Source of the DNA: Lingula anatina
Taxonomy: Eukaryota > Animalia > Brachiopoda
Reading direction: 5' to 3'
Length of the DNA stretch: 64,000 nucleotides
Assembly (NCBI GenBank): GCA_051362555.1
Contig: CM120643.1
Coordinates: 28,710,848-28,774,847, forward strand
Shown here: positions 41,090-54,309 of the stretch, piece after piece
Layout of the letters: every line of letters starts with the position of its first letter
How positions within the stretch are numbered: the stretch's first letter is position 1
Made by a program: the position numbers and the translations under genes
The notes under the pieces: model-generated
Told to the model about the DNA's origin: nothing
Seen by the model: only the letters and a program-made list of their open reading frames with translations
Database searches by the model: none

Positions 41090-44000
41090 TCATGGACTTG
41101 TATCCATGTCAACCTCCATTGATACATTTTCTGAGTTTTCAGTTGGGGTGTCTTGTAACACTCCCTCTGGTGGAGCTACAGGAGGTGCACTATTGACTGT
41201 AGGTGGCACCACTGGAGGTGCAGCATTGATTGACATCAAACCAGAAGATTTAAGCTCCAAACTCTCAGAAACAGTAGTGAATGAAGTCGTCAAATCTCCT
41301 AAAAGTCCATTTTCCTTCTTTGCACTAGAATTTAGGTTTGTTTTAGTTTTTTCTCCATCCGTTGGAGTTTTCACATCCTGTGATTCGTTTGAAGGATCAG
41401 GGCCACTTGCACTTTGTTCAGTACCATGTGTAACCTCCTGCCCATCACCTTGACCCAATTGTCCAGCATTACTCCCAGAGTCTGGAGCGGGAGGGGGAAC
41501 ACCCGCCGGGGGGCCACTGGACATGTTTGGCCCCGTTTGCTGATATGGATAGGTTGGGTAGCCCTGTTGGTTATATCCCTGCTGCATGTGTGGTGGAGGG
41601 TACCTGGGACCACCTGGTGGTGGGGGGCCAGGGGGGTACCCCATGTGACCACCTCCACCCCCATAGTTATTGCCATACTGTGGGGCACCATAGTAACTGT
41701 TATAGTAATCATTACAGTAGTTATTGTAGTCCATTTTCCCCTTGGCCCAAGCTCTGGCCAGCGACTGCCACATCTCTGTCTTGCCATCATCTTCATCGTC
41801 CTCCTCCATGGCTGCTTGGAGCTCTTTATTAATTGGGAGGTCAACATCCTCTGTCTGGTCGCTGACCTTTGTGTTGTCGTCTCCAGCTGACCCTGCCTCA
41901 GGTTCTGGTTCCTCTGTAGTCTTACTCTCAGCTACATCTTTTCCTGGGGTTGGCACTCCACCTCCCATGGTTGGGGTGGCACTCCACCCCCCAGGGTAAC
42001 CTGGGCCCCAAGGCCCTGGAGGACCCATCTGTGCCTGAGGCCACCATCCCCCGTGAGGGCCAGGAGGGTACCCCCTAGGAGGGGGAGGGTAAGGTCCCCA
42101 GCCTGAATGGTGTTGGTTCCACCCACTGCTAGACGTCGGCGTACCACCTTGACTCCAGCCCTGATATGATTGGTTGTTCCAATTGTTACCTTGACCTTGA
42201 GGGGGATAGCCATAGTTTGGTGGGGGCGGGTGTCCCCAGCCAGGACCAGAGCTGCCTGGAGGTCCCCACTGAGCTGCACCTTGACCCCAAGAACTTGGTG
42301 CTGGGTCAGACGAAGATGACCCAGGCGCTGGAGGATTTGGAAACATAGGGGGCGCTGCTTGTGCTCCACCATCTGACGACGTAGGAAGCTTTTTGTTTAC
42401 TGTCAACATCTCCATGACAGCCATCCTGGCAGAGGAGACCCCCGGGGCAGGGGGTACTACAGGGGCAGGAGGCACCCCAGGGGGTGGGGCACTTGGTGGC
42501 AGAGAGACCCCCTGAAGACTAGAGGACTGGCCAATCTGGGTCACTGCGGTCGACACAGTTGGTCCTGTAGTGGCTGCAGTGGTCACCACATTACTGGATG
42601 TTGCCACGGAAACTGCTGATGGAGCAAATGATGAAACTGGCGATAATGTCATTGGGACAACTTGCGAGGGAGCAGAATACAACTTTCCTGATGTACTGGC
42701 AACAGACATAGAAGGTGGCTGTGCTTCCGTCACTGTTGTAGTCACAGATGATGATGATAAAGTGGATACTGGAACTGATGCCGTAGAGATCACAGAGTCT
42801 GTAGGCTGGGATTGAGGCAATGGTACGGAGAAGGGTACAGGAGCCACAGCTGCAGCAGGTGTGGACACATCACTTGCTGTCACAGGTGTTGAGACAGGCA
42901 CCTGTGGCACTGCTGAAGCAGTTGAGGCAACCTGGATTTTAGATCGAGCTATTTCTGCCAACAGGGAAGCCTGGGCTGCAAGGGCTGCTTCAATTTTTGC
43001 TGCCCTGGCTGCCTTCTCATCCACCTTCTCTTCCTCCTCAACAGACTGAGTTACGCCCTGCTTCTTCAGCTTACTCTTCTCTATCAGTCTTGTCTTGAGA
43101 TCAGACACCTCTTGTTTGGATGCCAGTTTTGGTACTTTTTGCCCTGATTTCTTGGCTGCAAGCATGCTGGCCATGTAGCTCTGCATGCGTTTCTTAGTGG
43201 ACAGATCAATGCTTGTTTTGGCTGCCTTGGCCTGGCTCTGAGTGGTAGTGGCTGTTGTAGTGGTGCTGGTTACTGCTGTTGTTTTCAGAGTTGGTTTGCC
43301 CTGATAGGTGTCTGATACTTCAAACGAGAGGTAGATGTCATCTGTGTACTCATTGCCTGGAAATGAATATATCAACATCATTTTTCCCCTCTCCATATAC
43401 TTTGTTTTTAATCTCAGTGAATTCTATCATTTAATTCCAACAAGAAAAATGTAAGAAATATATAATAATCTGATTTCAAATTAGAATAATTTCACTTCAA
43501 AATTACCACCAATATCCATATCAAGGTAAAAACATGAGCAATGCTTTGCAATTTTTCTTAACAGAATATTTAACCAATCTTCAATCTTGACCGAAGAGTT
43601 AAATTTTCTGTACTGGACTATGGATTGGTGTCATATTATTTACACTGAGTGACTTGCAGTAGAGCATGTTAAAAACAAAAATTTCCAAGTCGGCTAGTTT
43701 GAGAGCCCTATATATGATACATCAAATATACCATAAAGGTCTCAAATAAATAGATTTGCAAATAAACATCACAAGGCAAAAGAAAAAAAACAAAAACAGT
43801 ACAAATCAGTCATATCTACCTCCTTTCTTCTTGACTGCCTTGTCCTCAGCAGACAACAGTTTTGTTTCTATGGATGCCTTGGCAGCTGCCAATGCCGCCT
43901 GCACAGGATCTATAGATGGAGCCACTGTCTGTTGTTCAAGAGGAGCCTGCTTTGGAGTCTCAGGGGTTGGAGTTTCTTTTTTCACTGCAAGAGAGTCTTT

Positions 44001-47000
44001 CTTCTCTTGACTCTGGTCTTCAGGCTTCGACTAATGAAATAATGAAATGACATGACTGAAGGTTCAGCAAAAACATGGGATCCATTTCAAGATAAAAAGA
44101 ACAAGATTGTAACTTGGTCTCAAATTATAGACCAAACATTAAAATAAATTCATGATGAATTTGTTCTATTTGCTTAAATCAAAAAGCTAATTAATTCTTA
44201 ATTTTTAGTTAGAAAATGTTTCCAATGAAGTCTCATTCAAAAAGGAAACTATCATTACTTAAGCAACTGTCCCAATACTCCTTGAACATCTCGTGTAAAT
44301 TTAATTTTTTTTCTGACTTTTATCACTGGAACAAATGGGGCCCGTCTTGTTAAGAAAATGACTTTGGTTTCCTCATTTCAAAATCTGGGATAAGCCCAAA
44401 ACTAGTACTGATTTATCTTGGGTGTATATATCAAATTGATGAAGCTCAAAAATGCCAACATGGGCAGATGTTTGTTCAGATACATGGATCCAGGTCTGGT
44501 ATAAGCCAGAAATGGTCTAATTTTTTGTTTTATAAACAGGCCTTACCTTTTTCTTAACTACAATCTTATTCCCTTTGAAGACACACTTGTGAAGGCTTTT
44601 CACTGCCAAGTCTGTCTCTTCTTCATTCTCCATCATTATCTGGGAAAACACGGGGGCCTTTGGGTTCTTGGAATTGCCTAGAATCTTGGCATTCAGCACC
44701 TGGAATTCATATAGTAAAAATAAATACACTTGGTGACTGCATAAACCTGTCCAGTCAAAGAAAGATGAGGAAATTTAAAATAAAGCAACCAATGAAGACA
44801 CCACCACATATTCTCTTACCTTTCCATACGCTTCAAAAAGTAGTTTGACCTCGGCTGCTTTGGTTCCAGCTGGAATGTTGCCTACCATTAATGTGTAACC
44901 TGCTTTACTGCTACTGCTATTGCTACTTGTAACATTGGTACTGTTACTGCTGCTTGTTACACTGTTACTGGTACTACTGCTGCTTGGGGGCTTGGAATCT
45001 AAAAGACAATTAAGCACTTCTTCATTATATTGCAATACCAGCCATATTAAGAGAAATAACATTTCTTAAAGAGAATCAAGAAAGTTCAGTCTTGCAATAA
45101 GTGAGACTTTGTGATACTTGGAGCAAAATTGGGTCAGATTAATGTCAGACAAGTGAGTATGGTAAGGCAACATATGCAAGCTGACAGAATTAAAACAATT
45201 TTTTTTTTTTTTTTTGAAGCACAAGTTTTGTCAAATTACAGATTATTGCATATATACCAAATGAAACGTCTTGTGCGTCACTTAAGCACTGCTTTCTGAG
45301 ATGACATTCACAATGTGAACTTCACTTTTAGCGCTGATAAATCAGCCCAGTTTGACACAGAGTTCAGCAAGTTATCTAGACTAGCATGACATCACTGCCC
45401 AAAGCCTCACTGTGGGCCATCACCGTTAATCTCCTTGAAATATCAGCAGGTGCTTTGCTTCTCAAAGCTTTCAAATGTAGATATTAATATTAAGAGATAA
45501 TCAAGCTTGACTGAAGATCAGGCCCTCCCAACCCACCCCCATCACTTCTCATTTTACGTCAGAGGATAAAGCAAAGCTGATTTTCAGCATAAGCAAAAAC
45601 TGAATTTTGTTCAAATCAGGGATAATGATTATTTGCATCATACTTTAATCCACAATGTGAGTGCCACAGAAAAGTTGACAATAACTTCCAGTATAAGCAT
45701 ACTTCTGATGTTTCCAGTCACTTACAATAAGGTGATTCTGGAACAAGCAGCACTATTCCCTGCATGTTAAAAAGAGTCAACTTTTCACATTAGATAAAAG
45801 ATTGTTTTCTCAGAAAGGAATACCCATAAAAGGGACCAAATGCTGGTATTTGAAAGAGAACAGAAAAACAGTATTTACAAACAGTAAGAAAACATTTTTG
45901 CAGCCAAATCTCCTGGGCACTAACACAATGAACATTGTTAAGGCACATCACCTGCAATGGCTTATTACCTGCACTAAATTCTTACCTTCAGTTTCCCTGA
46001 TTACTTGTTTTTCCTCCCCTGTTGCTCGTCCCTCTGTAGATTTTCTCTTTACTCCAAACATATACTGTGTCAACTTGCTCTTTTTAGGAGCCAGCTCCTC
46101 TGAAATTTCCTGTGCTACATTTTTTCTTTTCAAAGCAAGTTGTCGTTCATATTCTTGAGGAGTAATTGGGCCATACTGTTTACTTTCCTCTGCCTCTTGC
46201 TTACTACTCTCTGAAAAACCTACAGGTCCCTTATTTGAATTTTCCTTCACACTACTTCGTTTTGTTGTCAAAGCAAGCTGCTGCTCATACTCTTGAGGAG
46301 TAATTGGGCCATACTGTTCACTGTCCTCCATCTCCTGCTTAGAACCTTGAAAACCTACAGTTCCTTGATCTGAATACACATCTGAAGGTGGCAGTGGAAT
46401 TGAAGCAGCATCAGTTTTCTTACCAGCTGGTGGTATTGGAACATCTGATTCCATTTTTACACTTATTTCAGCAGCCACACTTGGGTTTGGCTTTTCATTG
46501 ATGCTAGCACCATCTATAGGTGAGACAATCTCAGTGTGTGTTTTTGATTCTAAATTCTGTTGGGTTGCATCGTCAGTGGCACTAACAGATAAGCATACAT
46601 TCTTGTCATCTTGAGAAGGTTCAGAAGCTGTTGTCTTGTGCTCAACTTCCCCTAACATTGCAGTACACTGTGTATCTTCCTCACCATTGCTGGCAGGAGG
46701 CACATTGTCAGGGGTCATCACCTTCTGAGGTTCTCTGTGTGACGTAAACGGTGGTACAGATTCAACTGCAGTAACTTTTGAATCTGCCTCAAGGTTATGA
46801 GTTTGTGAATTATCCTGTGCAGCTGAAAACATTCCTGAAGAGGGCGCTTTTGTGTCAAATATCAGAGGTGTTTGAGTATCAACAGGTTTTTCAAGTTGCG
46901 TTTCCGATTCTGCAGCTTTAGTTTTTTCCGTCAATGGCGTTGTATTTCCTGAGTCTGTAAATTTTGAAGAAATCATCTCCTCTGAAGAAATGCTTTCAAT

Positions 47001-48603
47001 GTTGGTCGTGAACTTGTTTTCCCCTGCAGTATTGTGTTCATGCAAAACAACAGGATTTTCACCCAAAACCTCATTTTTGGAAAAACTAGAGGAATCATTC
47101 CCACTAACTGTTGAAGAATCAATTCTCTTGGAGTCAATATCTTCCTCAATTTCCATGGACACAACTTTTTCCTGGTCTAAAACAGATTCTACATTTTCCT
47201 TTTGTACAGGATTTTGTTCACAACTGTCATTCAAAGCCATGCTTGGTTGTCCTAGTGAGCCACATTCTTTTATTGTCCCTATTTCGGTCTCTTCCGTTTT
47301 GGGTCCCTGGTTTGATGAGCTCAGAGTCAAGTCTTCACTATCATTCTGTGTAAGAGAGGTCAAATTTGCCGAGCCATCAATCTGTGCAATGTTCTCATTA
47401 ATGGCTTCTATCGCTGCCGTTTCTATGTTGCCTTGAAAACGAGGCTCATTTTCACTTCCCATAGGAGCATCTGAAAAACATTCATTTTTATCATCCTCAT
47501 TATCCTGAGCAAGGCTAGCAACTTCAGTGCCAGATTTATTGTCCTCAGTTTGTGTGTTTTGTTTTTCATTTTCAGTTTTACTGATTTTGCCTATACTTTC
47601 ATCCAGAGCCTGTTGTAGCTCTATGGGCACCTCTGTGTTTACCTCTTCATCCTGAACATTTTTCTTGAACTCCACTTGCTCTGCTGACTGTCCCTTTACA
47701 TCCATTTTCTCTTCACCACCCTGTTGTTCAATCTCCATTGTTGGAGTATGGAGTTGTCTCTGGGGCTCGCTGTCCACCCTGGCCCCTCCGCTCCCTGGGT
47801 TCATATCACCAATCATGTTCATCACCTCGTCCACCGTTATAAAGTCAGACATGTTGATATCGACAGCCAGATCGCCAATCATCTCACAGTCCATGAGGTC
47901 ACGTGACATTTCATCAGCATCGACATTAAATTCATCGGATTGGGACTGAGGTCTATGTCCACTCACACTGCTGACCACTGCCTGGCCACCGTTGCCAGGG
48001 AGATGGCCACTGGTCCCCTGCAACTGACCACTACTCCCTGGCAGCTCCCCGCTGTTGTCTGGCACCTGACGGCTGTTCAACGTTGGTTGGCGATCGCCGC
48101 CATCTTGTTGTTGTTGTTCAACACTGGCGTCAAGTCCAGCTACCGCTGCTGCTGGATCCACACCCTCGGACTTCTCTTCTTCGGCTGAGGCTGCTGTGGC
48201 GTCCTCGCTGGAACTGCCAGCTGGAAGGTTGGAGGCTTTCACTCGTGGACCAGGCCTATGATGATATAGCATAATAAAGTAAGGCCAAAGCTTAATAATA
48301 TACAAGGCATGGAGACACTGCCATACAGAAAGCACTGAATGATAATTCACATGGAAGGTATGGAATTCAATTACACTCATTTAGTGTTATAGTTATTTCT
48401 GGACACACGACTCGTTTATAATTTGGCCACTACAAAAATTATGAAGAAAAATCTTTTGTTGGACTTCTGAGGAGTTTCCATCAAAATTATTACACATGAA
48501 AAATAAAATCTGCATGCATATTTTCTATCAATGGGAACTGACCAGATTCAAAAATTAATACAGACAGATTTTTTACTCACTTTCGTCCCCTTCTTTTCCT
48601 CAT
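41090..48603 (-). CDS. ~1700-aa low-complexity putative nuclear protein with one divergent SAFB/SLTM-like RRM and a P/G/Q/Y/W-rich C-terminus
   Basis: Exons 48603-48581, 48255-45986, 44998-44820, 44699-44547, 44030-43820, 43356-41090 join in frame (5103 nt). RRM YTLMVGNIPAGTKAAEVKLLFEAYGKVLNAKILGNSKNPK...LHKCVFKGNKIVVKK resembles the SAFB RRM. N-terminus is MRKRRGRKPGPR. The start codon and 5' exons are uncertain. Confidence 0.8.
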
Positions 48604-50180
48604 TATTTTCTTAATAAAATTCTGGGAATGACCTGCAAGAAATAACAAGATAATAAACATTGCATTCATGTCCTTCCACATAAAGCTTCATGTAAATTCA
48701 TGGACAAGTCCTCAAAGGACCCAAAACATCACTGTTTGAAAATTCACAGATGCGAATTCGAAATTAATGGCAATATCATTGTATTATATATCTATTTTAT
48801 ATATTACAAAATTAAGTCCTAATATGGACAAAAATAACCATTCATCAAAACCAAACTCTACCTGAACAGACGGACCAAATTGGTAGTTTCAATTGCCTTT
48901 ACTGCATGTTCTGTACACGGTCATGCATTGCGCGTGAATAAAATTCCATTTGTCAGCATTTTGTAATAGAAAGATTTAAAAGAATCTGGTTCGCAAACAT
49001 TTGGCCATGGACCATTTATGTAAATTGCACATTTTTAGGTTAACACAAATACAAACAATGGAATCTAGTAAAGATATTCCTTTATTCCTTAGGGGGGTCA
49101 GTTCAGCAAGATTTTCTTATCTCCCTTATTGGCTCAGTAGTTCCAGTTGATATTATATACAGATTATAACAGCAGCTACTCTCAGCTGCACAGTGCAGTT
49201 TGCAGTAAATAAGTGACCTTTATTCATTTCTACATTAATTGTGACACTAACAAAAGAAACCTTTGAATCAAAAATTTTCAGATCTTCTTTTGCATCAGTT
49301 TTCTTTAAGTCTATGTATATTATATTTGGAATGGGTTTATTATAATGTTACCAACATCCCCAAGCATTTTGTTCTCAAAATGAAAATTTTCTAAAAGTCC
49401 AAAATTTTTAACACAAATGAACAATATTTGTGTACTGCCAGTGAAATAATAATGAAATAATGTTCAGAAATTGATTTTAAAAATGTGAAGTCATTTTTTT
49501 CAAATGTTCAATTTAAAAAACATAAATATTATCAAATTATATACTTTGTAAAACTAAGGAAGGTTGCTTTTTAAATCTATTTTTCTCTATTCAGCAGTAC
49601 GTGAGAATCTTCAACAAACAATGCAAGAATTGGACACAAAAGCATGTTTTATTAAATATTTCATTTCATCTAAATGTCATTACAAAAATCAAACCAACAC
49701 ACAATGACATTGACTTCTTTATTGGTGACACTGGGTATAGTAACAATAAAAGAAATCTGGACAAAAATCCCAGATCTTTCTTTAAAAAAAGAACTGGAGA
49801 AAACATCTAATAATACACTAGTCTTTTATTTCCAGTGAGCAACATTTTTAAAGTTTCACTGACAACTCTTAAGACCACTTTTAAGTTTTCTGTAACTTAT
49901 TATACATATTTTAAAGCAACTGAATGGTCAGTGGATAATGACGCAGTGGAGAAACCAGCACCGGCGAAATATAGTGAACTGAATCTTAGCGAAAAAAATC
50001 AGATCTTCCATTCATTGACAAGCGTAATCTAAATTGAACTAAATGAGATAAAAGGGCTCCAATATTTCTCGATCTCCAAACATCTTATATCCAAGGTCTT
50101 GAAGAGCCTGAAATAAACCGCAAAACTGCAGTGCAAAAAGATCTTTAAGCAAAATCGTGTCGATACAAAAACACACAATA

Positions 50181-50210
50181 TTTCAGTCGCCATCTTGGAT
50201 TTGCCCCTGC
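50181..50210 (-). promoter_or_regulatory. YY1-type AAGATGGCG element, probable TSS region of the RRM gene
   Basis: cgccatctt at 50188-50196 in a CpG-richer patch upstream of the gene. Confidence 0.5.
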
Positions 50211-50469
50211 ACATTTTCAGAAGAGTAGATACATATAGCCACATTCAATAACACTGAATATCGATTTAAAGGTAGACTGATTGTATGTTTACCTTGTTTT
50301 TGCCTTCAACGGACTGAATCAAGGACTGCAACTTGTTCTGGATCTTCTTTTATCCGAGTTTTGCATTTCTTGACATCGTCTGGAAATAGCTGTACTCCAA
50401 TTTCTGAAGAGTTTCTCATGGTCAAGATGAACTGAGACAAACTGGCATTAACGTAACGTACGTTATTAA

Positions 50470-50692
50470 AGCCCCCTTTACACTGGACGGCGTCCTTTCT
50501 GCGTCCAGCAGTACGGTCCCATTTGAGAGTTAAAAAATTATAATACTTTACGTGCCGACAACTGGCCGATCATTGAGCATTCATTCTGATACAAAATCAA
50601 TGCTCGTGCCTCCTTATTAAGACCTCAGCGATGCCAAATTTCATGGTCGCAGAAAGGACGCAGAAAGAACGCCGTCCAATGTAAAGGGGGTA
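50470..50692. mobile_element. PIF/Harbinger-like MITE in the divergent promoter interval
   Basis: ~35-bp TIR ccccctttacactggacggcgtcctttctgcgtcc / ggacgcagaaagaacgccgtccaatgtaaaggggg, with TWA-type flanks (taa/tta). Confidence 0.8.
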
Positions 50693-52015
50693 TTATTGGG
50701 ATGGAACTTTCAATAAAAAAAACACAACGTTAACTGTTTGCAGTTTCGTTTATTTAACAGGTAACATCACCTGTTTCGGTCGAATATGTTCTTCTCACCA
50801 CGGGAACAAACCTGATGCTGGTGACTGCCTTTTTTTCTGCGGATTTTTCTGCATATTGAACAGTAAACGACTGGACTATGAGAAATTGCACCAAATGGTG
50901 CTGAGAGGTGATTTTTCATATTAAAAAAAAAAAACTGAGTTTTTTAAACTTTTCTGGGATAATTGAATAACACCGTCAACTTTCAGGTCCACCTCCCACC
51001 CTCACCCCCACCCTACCCCAACACACACAAATCATATCCCTGATGATGACAGTGTAACTAACGAAATTCCTTTCCTTGCAACTAATTAAGCCATTTGTCC
51101 TTTTTATCATTTTTACCTTTATTTTTATTCTTTTTATTGTTCCTTTTATTAACTATTATTTTACATTAAATCAACAGTAGGCTAGCCTACCTACCAAGAC
51201 ATAAATCAGATACTACTAAATAACATTTTGATATACTTTGAAAGTTTCCCATGACCTTTATTGCAGTTCATCATCATGTTATTTTTCAACATTGACCACA
51301 ACAAAATAAGTGATGTTTATTATTGTCAATCGCACGTGTGTCAATGACCCAAATAATGACGTCAATTTTGTCCTCAAAGGAGCCTACCAGTCATACTCTA
51401 TCCATGTGTACGTAGTTAAGCCTATACAGCCGCCCTCACCCAACAGCACCGGAATATGCACCCTGGTATACGATAATACGAGAATTCAAATTTGCGATAG
51501 GCCTACTAGCCTCTATTATCAACACGCTGCTTACTTAAACAAGCAAATGCTGGTGGCCCTAAAACTAAAATGAATAAATAAATAAAATAAATGAATAAAT
51601 AAAGTTCAAGATTTATTTTCTTTTTAAAATTTTTCAATTTTTGACAAATATCTTTTTCTCCAATCTCAAAATAAAACATCAAAATCTAGTTATAAAGCAG
51701 GCCGTGAGTGTATCCAGGATCCGTCATGATGAAAACCAGACGCTAACACCCTGATCCTTGTCTTGTCCTCAAGCTTTGCCCGGGCCAGTGAACTACAGGG
51801 ACGCGTGTATTTTTCTTCTTCACCTCACCTGATGACTTCCAGATGCAGCATTACATGTAGGACTATATGTAAGCTTACATCGCGTATCAGTTCACAGATT
51901 GGTTTTACATATGTAACATATGTAACAGACAGTAAGCAGCATACAGTTTGAATTTTTTTATATTATTTTTATATATTACAAGTTAGACCTGCTATAGTTG
52001 GATTGGAACATCAGA

Positions 52016-53302
52016 ATGTCGGAATCTCAGAATTTGAAGGTTTACAGAGCAGCTGAAGTCAGAGAACAGAGCGAAAACGGGAAAACGTGGCTGATTATTT
52101 ATAACAAAGTCTACGATGTTACTGAATTTAAATATGAGGTAAGAGACAGGGAGAGAGAATAATCATCGTGAAATTAGTTTATAATCATTGTGAAATTAGT
52201 TTATAAGTATGAAAAGGAATTTGTGTCCAATAACTGCAACATTGGTTAGCTGTTTAGTGTTTGCAGCTTCATTTACGTGTCCAAAATACGCTTTGAAAAA
52301 TTAGCTTGTACCAGTAGGCCTACTATAATATCGTAAACTATTGCGGTGTATTTGCACGTAATTTTAGTCTAACTTTGAAGAGACCCATGTGTCTTGATAC
52401 AAAATGCAGCTTTGATTATCTAATTTTCCCATATTTATTTTTTCTTTTCCATCACTTGTTTTTGCACCCTCCGTTTGTCTACTATCATTTCATACCGACC
52501 TAGAATTAAAATTGCCAAATCAATCATTCATCCTCGCAGATAATTAAATAGAACAGAATTGGTCGCAAAATCTCAATTGTAATAATGTTTTAGGCCGTAC
52601 GCCTTTAACAAGTTTATTTAATTATATCATATATATTAGAGATGACAACCACGTTAAATGCTATCTTTTCTTTCAGCACCCAGGCGGTGAGCATATTCTA
52701 AATCAATACTCAGGTAAGTTGAACAATTTTCACTGAAATACAAAAAAAAAAAAAAAAAAAAATTAAAGGAAAGAAGAAATTTAACTTTTGAAACGGGCAA
52801 GAGTTTCACGACTTAAACGTAAAGACACTAACAGTAATAAGAGGAATGTGTATTACTAGTGTAAATACACTAACACGAGGAGTCACTTTTTTTTCTTTTC
52901 TGCTCCCTCGCGCAGCAGGACCGCCCTGAGTTTCAGAAATTACTGTCTACTGACCTGTATCTTTAGCATGCCTCTCCCGCCACTGGGTAATCTCTTACCC
53001 TCAGGGGGATCGCGATGCTTAGTAACAGAAAAACGTGCGGGAATAAAAGTCATGCCTCGTTGAATTCACAGCTGGTATCTGCATATTGCAGTGTTCCCTT
53101 GATTATTTTTTCATACCATTCTCGTACCCCCCTCCTAAGGTCACAGATTGATTTTTCGCTAGATAATCACAGATAGGTCTCTGGTTAATTCATGACACAA
53201 TTCTCTACAGCACAAAAAATTATCATGAATTCACCAGTGACACGCCCGTGAATATATAGTGAAAACTCAATCTGTGACCCTGGAGATGGTACCTTTCTCT
53301 CA

Positions 53303-53336
<34 letters not shown>

Positions 53337-54038
53337 GTCCGATGATATATTACATGTACACCACCTACCAAGCAGTTTATAATGGCAATGACAAGACAAG
53401 TTTAATAAAAACAAATGTAACAAAAAATTATTCACATTTATTGTAGGAGATGACGCCTCATCTATATTCGTGTATATCAACCACTCAGAGTTCGCCCTCA
53501 ATTTAATGAACAAATACCTTATAGGCGTTCTACACGAGGTAGGTATTGTTAAAAAATATCAGAATTACAGCTTTCAGAGTCAAATATGTTAATTAAATAG
53601 ACAATAAATACGCGAGTGGTTTTTAATTAGTAAGAAATTTACTGTGACATAACAGAGATGTCGGTTATTTGGGCCGTTTTGTTGTTGTAATATGTGATGT
53701 TACACGATCACTCGTAATAACAATGGATACATTTCAACTCTGTCGAGCTAGGACCCCGGAAATTCTTTTCTGAACCATCACTTTCATTATTATTTTTATT
53801 TCTCATTCAACTTGATATGTTATTATAAAGTCTCATTTTTTAAAAGATTTTGTATAGTTTTTCTTTAAAAACGGAAATGCCTTTTCCTTACCTTTGAAAA
53901 CAATAATTTTAATTAAAACATATTGATTAGCATTTTCTGTTTATTTGTCATTACAGGACGATCGAGACAACAGAGGGGTGAGACTTAAAGTATCTCTCGT
54001 ACATACAAACTCTTACACCGACTTCTCTCTCTCTCTCA

Positions 54039-54077
<39 letters not shown>

Positions 54078-54309
54078 CCATCTCTCACACACGCTGCTCT
54101 CTCTCTCTCTCTCTCAAAATAAGATCTGCATTTTAAATATTATAGTAAATTACTGTATCAGTTAGTGAAGACAACGCGTTTCTTTCAGTTAAATAATCTC
54201 AAAACCATTAATGAACAAACTTTTGGCAACGAACAGCGCAACATAAGCGTTGCGTCCTTATTATTAATATTCATAATAAAACTTTTCTTTTATTTTCCAG
54301 GAAAAATAA
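52016..54309 (+). CDS. CYB5: Cytochrome b5, copy A; soluble, 93 aa, no TM anchor
   Basis: Exons 52016-52138, 52677-52713, 53447-53538, 53957-53977, 54301-54309. Translation includes TWLIIYNKVYDVTEF, HPGG, NHS (both axial His retained) and YLIGVLHE-DDRDNRG-EK*. TATAAAG at 51691. Confidence 0.88.

Noticed and set aside
41106-48274. Many overlapping + strand and alternate-frame ORFs
   Set aside because: Shadow ORFs of two large GC-richer exons, with no independent motifs or splice structure.
50292-50440. Exon-like segment with an AAG|gtaaac donor on the - strand
   Set aside because: Stops in all three frames; at most a non-coding 5' exon and cannot be assigned.
51726-51800. Frameshifted signal-peptide-like frame (TLILVLSSSFARA) upstream of b5-A
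   Set aside because: No in-frame ATG and no clear donor joining it to b5; most simply 5'UTR.
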